Source: Candidatus Peribacteraceae bacterium
GTDB taxonomy: Bacteria > Patescibacteriota > Gracilibacteria > Peribacterales > Peribacteraceae
Assembly (NCBI GenBank): GCA_013140485.1
Contig: JABFSS010000116.1
Span: forward strand, 1 to 37,495
Length of the DNA stretch: 37,495 bases
Direction of reading: 5' to 3'
Position numbers and translations under genes: made by a program. Shown in pieces: positions 8,516 to 16,264 of this stretch. The stretch's first letter is position 1. Every line of letters begins with the position of its first letter. The notes under the pieces were generated by a model. It did not search any database and was not told the DNA's origin. It saw only the letters and a list, made by a program, of their open reading frames with translations.

Positions 8516-9679
8516 TCAGGATGCAGGTATTTGTTGAGTGACACAGTGAAAAGACCCCCACCCCCAGGTCAGCACGCGGCTGTCGATGGGAACGATTCGG
8601 CGATGCGGAAAACATTTTTGCAGGGTCTCGATGGCCGCAGCGTCATTGGGGTCATTCCACACGGGAAGGAGGACGCATTCATTCGCAACATAGAAATTCG
8701 CGTAGCTTGCGGGAATGCGGAATCCCTCGTCGGGAACACCGGACATGCTGCTCGGTTTTTTCCCGTGCACCAGCACCGGCTTCGGCTGGGCGGTGGTGAT
8801 GATCTCAAGTGCGTGGCCGTCCTGATCTTTCATCGATTGCAGCCGTCGGAGATTTTCCTGCAGCGGCGCGTAATCGGGATCGGCGGAATTCTCGTTGATG
8901 ATCGTGACGACGGTCCGCGGTCCGACGAAGCGCGCGAGATCGTCGACATGCCCGCTCGTGTCGTCACCCATGATCCCCTTCCCCAGCCAGAGGACGTTGG
9001 TGACGCCGAGGTGATCTTTGAGCGACTGCTCGATCTGCTCCTTCGTCATGCCGGGATTGCGGTTGGGATTCAGGAGACAGTCTTCCGTCGTGAGAAGAGT
9101 GCCCAGTCCGTTGACGTCGATGGATCCTCCTTCGAGGATCATCGGCACGGTGAGTGACTGCTGACCGAGTTTTCGCGCGATCAGTGTTGGTACTTGATCA
9201 TCCAGTTCGTACTCCCACTGTCCTCCCCATGCGTTGTAGCCCCAATCGAGAAAAAGTCTCCCCTCTCCTGGAGCCTGTCCCGAGCCGAGCCGAGGGGCAG
9301 CGGGAGAGGGTGGCGCCGCAGCGCCGGGTGAGGGCTGTTTGACGACCACAATCGGCCCATGATCGCGCGCCCAACTGAAGTTATTCGGAATGCGGTGAAG
9401 ATGAACGCGGTTGCCCTGCACGTTTGCCTTCTTCATTTCACTCTTGGCGTTTTTTTCGGTCTCATCATCATTGATAAGCACATGGACGTCCTCGCCCACT
9501 TCCAATTCCTTGACCATCCGTGCCCAGATTGCAGGCACTTGATCAAAGAGACCCGGCCAGTGGGGATGGACGCCGTGTTCGCCTGGACGAGAATGGGGCC
9601 AGGTGAGGATGGTGGCCTCATGCGGTTCCCATTCGGCCGGCATTCTGTATCCCGATGCTGATTGCGGTGACGAGGCCAT
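8516..9679 (-). CDS. aguA: Agmatine deiminase
   Basis: RMPAEWEPHEAT, WARDHGP, LEGGSIDVNG, DDTSGHVDDLARF, ASYANFY, GSFHCVTQQ (catalytic Cys). Confidence 0.95.
   Translation of the reverse strand: MASSPQSASGYRMPAEWEPHEATILTWPHSRPGEHGVHPHWPGLFDQVPAIWARMVKELEVGEDVHVLINDDETEKNAKSEMKKANVQGNRVHLHRIPNNFSWARDHGPIVVVKQPSPGAAAPPSPAAPRLGSGQAPGEGRLFLDWGYNAWGGQWEYELDDQVPTLIARKLGQQSLTVPMILEGGSIDVNGLGTLLTTEDCLLNPNRNPGMTKEQIEQSLKDHLGVTNVLWLGKGIMGDDTSGHVDDLARFVGPRTVVTIINENSADPDYAPLQENLRRLQSMKDQDGHALEIITTAQPKPVLVHGKKPSSMSGVPDEGFRIPASYANFYVANECVLLPVWNDPNDAAAIETLQKCFPHRRIVPIDSRVLTWGWGSFHCVTQQIPAS
9261..9334. repeat. Composite REP-like palindromic element inserted in-frame in aguA
   Basis: CCCTCTCC...GGGAGAGGG stem plus GGCGC-CGCA-GCGCC hairpin, with a nested CCCGAGCCGAGCCGAGGG core; encodes PSPGAAAPPSPAAPRLGSGQAPGEG. 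Confidence 0.75.
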
Positions 9680-9691
9680 ATGAGAAGAATT

Positions 9692-9747
9692 GTGAATCAT
9701 GAAGCATGAATTACGAACCGTGATTCATGATTCATCTTTCATGATTC
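9692..9747. repeat. Inverted heptamer array (TCATGAA / TTCATGA) between aguB and aguA
   Basis: gaatcatgaagcatgaattacgaa ... gattcatgattcatctttcatgattc. Confidence 0.7.
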
Positions 9748-10609
9748 AGGACACAAGATCATCGTACACTTCGGGTCTTCGATTCTTCAGAAACATCCAT
9801 GCATCTTGCAGCGGCTTCACTTTGCCCAGATCGCACTTCACAATGACGATCTCTTCTTGATCTCCCGCCTTGGCGAGGATCGTGCTGCTGGGATCAGCGA
9901 CGAACGATCCGCCCCAGAAGTTCATCGCGGATTCCCTGCCGACACGATTGAGCGCGCAGACGAACACGTTGTTGGACGCCGCGTGTCCGAGCTGGGCATT
10001 GCGCCACATCTGTTCCCAATCGCCGGTGATGTTCTCTTCGACCGAATCATCGATCGTCCCGATGGCCGTGGGATAGAAGAGAATTTCGGCACCCTTGAGG
10101 ACGGCCATGCGGGCCGCCTCGGGATACCACTGGTCGTAACAGATCAGCGGGCAGATCTTTCCGTATTTCGTATCGAAGACTTTGATGCCGGTATCGCCCG
10201 GGCTGAAGTAATGTTGTTCGTGATAGAGGATGTCTTCGGGAATGTGCGTCTTTCGGTACGTGCCGAGCAACACACCGTCGGTATCGAAGACGGGCGTGGT
10301 GTTGTAGAACTTTCCATCGGCGTTCTTCTCGAAGATAGATCCGCCGACGAGGACGATCTGATGCTTCTTCGCGATCTGACTGAGCGCCTGCGTTGTGGAT
10401 CCGGGAATCGGCTCCGCGGTCTCAAAAGCCGATTCGTCATCTTTTTTCTGGCAGAAGTACGGGCTCAGGAAGAGCTCGGGGAGGCAGACGATCTGAGCAC
10501 CTTTCGTGACTGCGTGCGCGATCATTTCCTCTGCGTGACGGAGATTCTGCACAGAATCCGCAGACATCTTCATTTGGATGAGGCCGACTTTGACGATAGG
10601 TCGTAGCAC
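9746..10609 (-). CDS. aguB: N-carbamoylputrescine amidase (nitrilase / C-N hydrolase family)
   Basis: CLPELF (Glu), YRKTHIP (Lys), ICYDQWYPE (Cys) triad; adjacent to aguA. Probable GTG start at 10609. Confidence 0.88.
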   Translation of the reverse strand: MLRPIVKVGLIQMKMSADSVQNLRHAEEMIAHAVTKGAQIVCLPELFLSPYFCQKKDDESAFETAEPIPGSTTQALSQIAKKHQIVLVGGSIFEKNADGKFYNTTPVFDTDGVLLGTYRKTHIPEDILYHEQHYFSPGDTGIKVFDTKYGKICPLICYDQWYPEAARMAVLKGAEILFYPTAIGTIDDSVEENITGDWEQMWRNAQLGHAASNNVFVCALNRVGRESAMNFWGGSFVADPSSTILAKAGDQEEIVIVKCDLGKVKPLQDAWMFLKNRRPEVYDDLVS

Positions 10610-10616
10610 GAGAAGG

Positions 10617-10717
10617 AGAATAATAGAATAATAGAGTATTAGGAACCACTGGCTGACAAGAATGGCGGCATAAACCGCGCACAACTGTTCCTACTATTCT
10701 ATTATTCTATTACTCTA
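10617..10717. repeat. Inverted octamer array (GAATAATA / TATTATTC) in the divergent aguB/DHS intergenic region
   Basis: gaataatagaataatagagtatta ... tactattctattattctattactc. Confidence 0.7.
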
Positions 10718-10726
10718 ATCACGCCC

Positions 10727-11821
10727 ATGAAAAAATTCGAAAATCTCTCCCCCGCTCTTCGGAAGTTCATCCTCCCGGAAACCGACATCTCGCAGCTCGG
10801 CACCGTGTCCGATCTCGTGAAAAAAAGTGATACTCCGGTCTCTGCCTTCGCCGAAAGGACGCTTCGGCACTGCAACGGCGGCTCGACGCTCCAGGCCGCC
10901 CTCTGGCTGAAGGAACATCTGGCGAACGGAGGCAAGATCGTCGTCACGATCGCGGGCGCACTGAGTTCGTTCCAAGTCGGCGTCACGCTGGCGGAGTTGA
11001 TCCGAAAAGGAAAAGTTCATCTCGTCTCCGCGACCGCCGCGAACCACGAGGAATCGTACTATCGCTACGTCGCCCATTCGCACTACGCCTACATCCCCCG
11101 TTACACCGAACTCACGCCGGAACAGGAAGCCGAGCTGCGGGATGCCGGTCTGCGGCGGATCACCGATACGTTCCTCCCCGAGGATGAGAGCGTGCGCATC
11201 ATGGAGCCGCACCTCTGCAAAATGTGGCAGGACGCGCAAAAGAAAGGAGAGCGATACTTCCCGCACGAATACTTCCGCCGCCTCTACGCCGAAAAGTTGA
11301 TCCGGCCCGACCCCATGGCGAACGCCGGCGACTGCTGGACCTACGCCGCATACGAGAAAAATATTCCCATCGTCATCCCGGGCTTTGAAGATTCGACGAT
11401 GGGCAACATCTTCGCGAGCTACACGTACGGCGGAAAGTGGCGGACCGACAAGAGCATCCTTCTCGACCCCACGATCATGAAGGGCGGACTGGAGTACTTC
11501 ACCTGGATGTACGACTGGTACATGGAAGAGTCGAAAGACAGCCCCATCGCCTTCCTGCAGCTCGGCGGAGGCATCGCAGCCGATTTCCCCATCTGCGTCG
11601 TCCCCTCCCTGAAACACGATCTGCAGCACAAAGATGTCCGCGACTGGGCCGGCTTCGTCGAAATCGGTTCCTCGCCCATGTCATACGGCTCCTACTCCGG
11701 CGCGGGCGGAAAAGAGAAGATCACGTGGGACAAGCTCTCGACCAAGAGTTACTTCCAGATCATTCAAAGTGACGTCACCGTGGCCTTCCCCTGGATTGCA
11801 GCCATCCTCTTAGATCTCTGA
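10727..11821 (+). CDS. Deoxyhypusine synthase family protein (bacterial DHS-like, probable aminobutyl-transfer enzyme)
   Basis: TIAGALSS, ATAANHEE, GLRRITDTFLPE, PGFEDSTMGN, QLGGGIAADFPICVVP, GSYSGA..EKITWDKL (catalytic Lys position retained). Confidence 0.92.
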   Translation: MKKFENLSPALRKFILPETDISQLGTVSDLVKKSDTPVSAFAERTLRHCNGGSTLQAALWLKEHLANGGKIVVTIAGALSSFQVGVTLAELIRKGKVHLVSATAANHEESYYRYVAHSHYAYIPRYTELTPEQEAELRDAGLRRITDTFLPEDESVRIMEPHLCKMWQDAQKKGERYFPHEYFRRLYAEKLIRPDPMANAGDCWTYAAYEKNIPIVIPGFEDSTMGNIFASYTYGGKWRTDKSILLDPTIMKGGLEYFTWMYDWYMEESKDSPIAFLQLGGGIAADFPICVVPSLKHDLQHKDVRDWAGFVEIGSSPMSYGSYSGAGGKEKITWDKLSTKSYFQIIQSDVTVAFPWIAAILLDL

Positions 11822-11883
11822 AGTCCAAACAGAGCGAGAGGACTAAAAAAATAATCACTCGGCAGGCGGCAAAAAGAAAATTT

Positions 11884-11911
11884 TTGACACGACACTCACG
11901 CTCACTATACT
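11884..11911 (+). promoter_or_regulatory. Putative sigma70 promoter of the decarboxylase gene
   Basis: TTGACA-16 nt-TATACT, 26 nt before the ATG at 11938. Confidence 0.6.
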
Positions 11912-11937
11912 TCGACTCTGTTTGCTTTTTTCTCGAA

Positions 11938-13536
11938 ATGAAAAAACGTTCTCAGGAATCCAAGAAGCGCAACACCATCGGACATCCGGTCAACAGCCGA
12001 TACATGCGCGACCGGTGGAGCAGTTTCCTCAGCCAAACCAAAGACGGCATGCTGATGATCGAAGGTGTGCGCGTCGATGACATCGTCAAGAAGTACGGCA
12101 CTCCCCTCTACATCATGGTCGAGGGCGAAATCCGCGACCGTCTGCGGCGCTTTAAGAAAACATTCGGCGCCCGCGTGAGCTTGCAGTACGCGGTCAAGTG
12201 CAACAGCAACCTGGCGATCCTCCGCATCATCCGCGAAGAGGGTTTTGAGCTCGACTGTTCCAGCGTGGGCGAATTGATCCTGGGCCTGCTCGCGGATTTC
12301 AAGCCGCGCCAGTTGGTGCTCACGAACCTCTTCAAGAGCGAGCAGGATCTCTACTTCGCCGCCAAGATGGGCATCCAGGCGATTACCGCGGACTCCATAG
12401 AGGAGATCGAGCACATCGCCGCGACGGCGAAGAAATTGAAGAAGCACATCCGCATGCTCATACGCGTGAATCCGATGGTCCAGGTGGGAACATGGTCGAC
12501 GCGAGGCAACAAGTACGGCATCCCCATCGGGTACATCGACCGCGCCGTGGATTTGGCCGTCCGAAGCCCGTACGTGGACTTCGACGGATTCCACTTCTTC
12601 GGAGGCTACGTGTACCAAGCCCGCGTCTACAAGGCCGTGGCGCGCGTGCTCGTGAAGCTCATCAAGCGCTGCCAGAACCGCGGCATCCGGGTGCGCCGTC
12701 TCGACATGGGAGGAGGATTCCCCGCCGCCATCGGCGACGAGGAGGCGTTCCCTATCGAAGAAATGAAGGACTTCCCCGCCTATTTCCAAAAACTGATGGA
12801 CCAGAACGGTCTTCCATCGCTTGAACTGATTTTTGAACCGGGGAAGAGCATCGTGCTCAACGCCGGCATTGGACTCATGAAGGTGATCGCGCGCAAGCGC
12901 CTGGGTGCCAAGCACCGCATGGTGAACGTCGACGGCTCCAGTTACAACTTCGTCCCCGACACCCTCGTGCAGGGAGCATTGAAGGTGGAAGAAGGCGGCC
13001 TCCGGTACGACGTGCTCCCGGCGACCAAGATGAACGCCCCCCGCATCCATACGGTCTCCATCGGCGGCAACACCTGCGACTGCTGGGATCTGATGGCCCG
13101 CAACGTCGAACTCCCCAAGATGCGCGTGGGCGACACGGTCGCCATCATGGACGTGGGAGGATATGCGCAAGTGCTTGCGAACAACTTCAACACGATCAAG
13201 CGCGCCTCAGTGGTGATGATCCGGCCGGACGGTTCCACGACCCTCATCCGCCGGCGCGACCGCTACAGCGAAATGTTCGGTCCGGAACTCGACGTCCTCA
13301 AGCTCGCCGGTCCCGACGAGTTGGAGAAATACAACAACATCTACCGCGTGAACATCGACGAAATCTGGCGCGGCGGCGGCATGACGGCCTTTGAGAAAAA
13401 GAAAAAGGGCGGCGGAAACGGCAACGGGAATGGCCACGGGAACAAAATGAAAAAGGCGTTCGAGAAAATCGAGCAGCAGCACAACGTGAGCGCCGGGAAG
13501 GGCAAGGCGAAGAGGGCGGTGGGAGGGACTCCGTAA
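11938..13536 (+). CDS. Group IV PLP-dependent decarboxylase (Orn/Lys/Arg/DAP decarboxylase family)
   Basis: YGTPLYI, YAVKCN (PLP Lys), DCSSVGEL, NKYG, DMGGGF, FEPGK, GNTCD, GGY..NNFN. Substrate cannot be determined from sequence. Confidence 0.9.
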   Translation: MKKRSQESKKRNTIGHPVNSRYMRDRWSSFLSQTKDGMLMIEGVRVDDIVKKYGTPLYIMVEGEIRDRLRRFKKTFGARVSLQYAVKCNSNLAILRIIREEGFELDCSSVGELILGLLADFKPRQLVLTNLFKSEQDLYFAAKMGIQAITADSIEEIEHIAATAKKLKKHIRMLIRVNPMVQVGTWSTRGNKYGIPIGYIDRAVDLAVRSPYVDFDGFHFFGGYVYQARVYKAVARVLVKLIKRCQNRGIRVRRLDMGGGFPAAIGDEEAFPIEEMKDFPAYFQKLMDQNGLPSLELIFEPGKSIVLNAGIGLMKVIARKRLGAKHRMVNVDGSSYNFVPDTLVQGALKVEEGGLRYDVLPATKMNAPRIHTVSIGGNTCDCWDLMARNVELPKMRVGDTVAIMDVGGYAQVLANNFNTIKRASVVMIRPDGSTTLIRRRDRYSEMFGPELDVLKLAGPDELEKYNNIYRVNIDEIWRGGGMTAFEKKKKGGGNGNGNGHGNKMKKAFEKIEQQHNVSAGKGKAKRAVGGTP

Positions 13537-13547
13537 ATACTTTGCTG

Positions 13548-14159
13548 CTATTGCTTATGCCGCATTCTCCCCTCCCGGTATTCCCAAAGCATTGTCGCCC
13601 ATACATGCTCCCAAGAATCGGGGAAGTCTTTTGTACATCTCTCCCGCGTTTGCTCAAGGACCTGTTTATAGCGTAACCAATAGAGATTCATCCTGGGAAG
13701 CGGATATTCTTCCGTGACATGCTCCGCGAAAAGGCCGTCATTTTTCAGACCATCGCGTAAATAGGGAACAAGCAACTCATTTAAAATTTTTCTGGCCTCG
13801 TTCGGTTCCCCGCCATAGTCATCTGAGTCGCTCTTCAGAGTGACTGCATCATCAAGCGATATTGATACTGTTCCTCCTCCGACTATGGTCATTTGTCGTG
13901 GGGGAAGCTTGCTATGATGACCAGGCACTGCGTAGTGCCGCCCACCAAGAGCCGGTTCAGGAGAAAGAAAAAGAGCATACGACTTGGAAGAAGTTTCAGA
14001 TTGTCCTTCTTCTATCAATGCTCCCGTACGGGAAATGAAATCTTCAATAACAACATACTTGTTGCCGAGAAAAAAAGACTGTGGAGTACCACACTGGACT
14101 CCGCCGATACAAAAATGCGCCTCCGCGAAATCTCGACTACCAGGATCAACAAGTCTCAT
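13548..14159 (-). CDS. Hypothetical protein (AT-richer than flanks)
   Basis: ORF of about 200 aa filling the gap after sod; start uncertain (14186, 14177 or 14159). Confidence 0.65.
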   Translation of the reverse strand: MRLVDPGSRDFAEAHFCIGGVQCGTPQSFFLGNKYVVIEDFISRTGALIEEGQSETSSKSYALFLSPEPALGGRHYAVPGHHSKLPPRQMTIVGGGTVSISLDDAVTLKSDSDDYGGEPNEARKILNELLVPYLRDGLKNDGLFAEHVTEEYPLPRMNLYWLRYKQVLEQTRERCTKDFPDSWEHVWATMLWEYREGRMRHKQ

Positions 14160-14196
14160 GCAGTCATGATCACACATTTTTATCACGAATCAATAT

Positions 14197-14805
14197 TTAC
14201 TTCTGAGCCTCGAAAAAACGTCTCTCCACCTCCTTCCAATTCACCACATTCCAAAAGGCTTTCAGATAGTCCGGCCTTTTATTCTGATATTTGAGGTAGT
14301 AGGCGTGCTCCCACACGTCGACCCCGAGGATCGGCGTCTTGCCCTCCATCATCGGTGAATCCTGATTCGGATAGCCTTTGAGGATGAGCTTTCCCGAATC
14401 GACGTAGAGCCATGCCCAACCGGAACCGAACTGATTCGTCGCCGTCTCCTCGAACTTCTTCTGGAAGTCTTCAAAATTTCCGAAGGCGCCTTCAATGGCT
14501 TTCAGAAGTTCTCCGGAAGGCTTTCCCTCCGATTTGGGACCCATCACGGCCCAAAAGAGACTGTGATTGAAGTGCCCGCCGCCGTTGTTCTGCACCGGTT
14601 TCTTCTTATCGGCAGGGAGCTTGTCGAGGTTCTGGAGAACCTCTTCAATCCCCTTCTCCGCCCATTCGGTACCTTCCAGCGCCTTGTTCACTTTGTCGAT
14701 ATACGCCTGATGATGCTTGGTGTGATGGATTTCCATCGTCTTCGCATCAATATGCGGTTCAAGCGCATCGTACGCGTAGGGGAGTTTTGGCAGGGTGTAC
14801 GGCAT
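14197..14805 (-). CDS. sodA: Superoxide dismutase, Mn/Fe family (Mn-type signatures)
   Basis: [55 protein letters not shown]. Confidence 0.97.
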   Translation of the reverse strand: MPYTLPKLPYAYDALEPHIDAKTMEIHHTKHHQAYIDKVNKALEGTEWAEKGIEEVLQNLDKLPADKKKPVQNNGGGHFNHSLFWAVMGPKSEGKPSGELLKAIEGAFGNFEDFQKKFEETATNQFGSGWAWLYVDSGKLILKGYPNQDSPMMEGKTPILGVDVWEHAYYLKYQNKRPDYLKAFWNVVNWKEVERRFFEAQK

Positions 14806-14828
14806 AGGGTGAGTATACTCTGAGACGC

Positions 14829-15851
14829 ATGGAGATTCGACTTCTTACCGATCCGGAGGACCTGAAGCGCTACGGCGAATGGATCCGAACACACCCGGAA
14901 GGCTCGCTCTGGCAATCGCCGGAATGGAAAACGTACCAGGAATCCCTGGGCCGGCAGGTGAGGATCTACGCGGCGATGGAGGGGGCGGAGATCCGTGCCT
15001 CGGCGCTGGTGGTGATTGACCACACGACGTTCGGGCTGACGACGTGGGAGATTCCTCGCGGCCCGCTCGGAATAATTGAAAATGGAAAATTGAGAATTGA
15101 GAATAAAAACTTTCTGGAAAAGATTATCCGAGATGCAAAAGATGACCGCTGTTTATCAATCTATTGCTCTCCCGTTCATCCATTCTCAATTCTCAATTCT
15201 CAATTCTCAATTTCACGCCGATTGGTGATGCCCGAAGCCACCCGCATCATTGATCTCACCCTGAGCGAAGAAGATCTTCTGGCGCAGATGAAACCGAAAG
15301 GCCGGTACAATATCCGACTAGCCGAGAAGCACGGCGTTCGCGTAATGCCCTCCAGTGACGTGCAGGCCTTTGCGCGCTTGGCAGAGGAGACTGCTCGACG
15401 GGACGGTTTCAGAGGCCATTCTGCAGCCTTTTATGAACGATTTTTGACCTGTCTACCGGGCGCATTTTTGCTGTTCGCACTTCCTCCAGAGATTGTCATC
15501 CCGAGTAGCTCGCTGCGGAGCAGCGAGCGTATCGAGGGGGCAGGGCTCTTGGGGGTGATCTGGGGTAAGACTGGCATCTACTACTACGGAGCTTCCTCGC
15601 ATGCGCAAAAGGAACTCATGGCGCCCTATCTGCTCCAGTGGTCAGCAATGAAGCACTGCAAAGCTCATGGATGCACTTCGTATGACCTCTTTGGTATTGC
15701 CCCCGAAGGCGCAGTCGATCATCCATGGTCGGGAGTGAGTGACTTCAAAGTGAAGTTCGGCGGCTCGGTTGTGAACTATCCGCCGGAACAGGAGATTGCC
15801 CTCCGCCCTTTTCTCAAATATCTCCTGAAAATAAAACGAGGCTTGGTATGA
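14829..15851 (+). CDS. FemABX-family peptidoglycan interpeptide-bridge aminoacyltransferase
   Basis: [60 protein letters not shown]. Confidence 0.92.
   Translation: MEIRLLTDPEDLKRYGEWIRTHPEGSLWQSPEWKTYQESLGRQVRIYAAMEGAEIRASALVVIDHTTFGLTTWEIPRGPLGIIENGKLRIENKNFLEKIIRDAKDDRCLSIYCSPVHPFSILNSQFSISRRLVMPEATRIIDLTLSEEDLLAQMKPKGRYNIRLAEKHGVRVMPSSDVQAFARLAEETARRDGFRGHSAAFYERFLTCLPGAFLLFALPPEIVIPSSSLRSSERIEGAGLLGVIWGKTGIYYYGASSHAQKELMAPYLLQWSAMKHCKAHGCTSYDLFGIAPEGAVDHPWSGVSDFKVKFGGSVVNYPPEQEIALRPFLKYLLKIKRGLV
15074..15214. repeat. Split inverted heptamer array (AATTGAG ... TTCTCAA) inside the FemABX CDS
   Basis: aattgaaaatggaaaattgagaattgagaa (15074-15103) and (ttctcaa)x4 (15183-15210); read as [10 protein letters not shown] and [10 protein letters not shown]. 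Confidence 0.85.
15495..15538 (+). repeat. REP-like element (GTCA..CGAGTAG-hairpin-GCGTA.CGAGG), in-frame in the FemABX CDS
   Basis: gtcatcccgagtagctcgctgcggagcagcgagcgtatcgaggg; homologous to copies at 16148 and 20585. Confidence 0.85.
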
Positions 15852-15855
15852 CTTT

Positions 15856-16068
15856 TTACAGAACTCCTTGAGCAAGCGCTCTCGCACGCTCAAGACGAAC
15901 GACGACGGCCGAGCAGGCGACATCCAGTCCTTCTGATCGCAATCTAGCGGACTCGACTTGTGCCTGCGCGAACAAGCCTTTCACTTCCCCATTATCGCTA
16001 TGGGCCTGAGCCAGGGTTTCGAATTCTTGTAATGCCCCTAAATAATCGCAACTATGTTTTACAACCAT
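15856..16068 (-). CDS. Small hypothetical protein (70 aa)
   Basis: ATG at 16068, helical-looking MVVKHSCDYLGALQEFETLAQ...; fills the gap. Confidence 0.4.
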   Translation of the reverse strand: MVVKHSCDYLGALQEFETLAQAHSDNGEVKGLFAQAQVESARLRSEGLDVACSAVVVRLERARALAQGVL

Positions 16069-16147
16069 GCGGACAGAGTAGCAAAATCTCGTCCTGAGAA
16101 AAGCCCTTTTGGAAGCCAATAACCGGCTCAATCTTCTCTCAGCGTTT

Positions 16148-16192
16148 GTCATTCCGAGTAGCTCGTGGCGGAGCCACGAGCGTAACGAGGAA
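16148..16192 (+). repeat. REP-like element, intergenic
   Basis: gtcattccgagtagctcgtggcggagccacgagcgtaacgaggaa. Confidence 0.85.
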
Positions 16193-16196
16193 CAAC

Positions 16197-16226
16197 AAAA
16201 AAGCCTCTCCTTTCGGAGAGGCCTTC
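16197..16226 (-). terminator. Intrinsic terminator of the S-layer gene
   Basis: Minus strand GCCTCTCC-GAAA-GGAGAGGC followed by TTTTTT, about 40 nt after the stop. Confidence 0.9.
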
Positions 16227-16264
16227 TTGTACTGAATGGGAACTCTATCCCAACAGATTGGTAA

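Noticed and set aside
10727-11821. DHS as evidence of EF-P/eIF5A hypusination
   Set aside because: Context with aguA, aguB and a decarboxylase points to polyamine synthesis; no efp nearby
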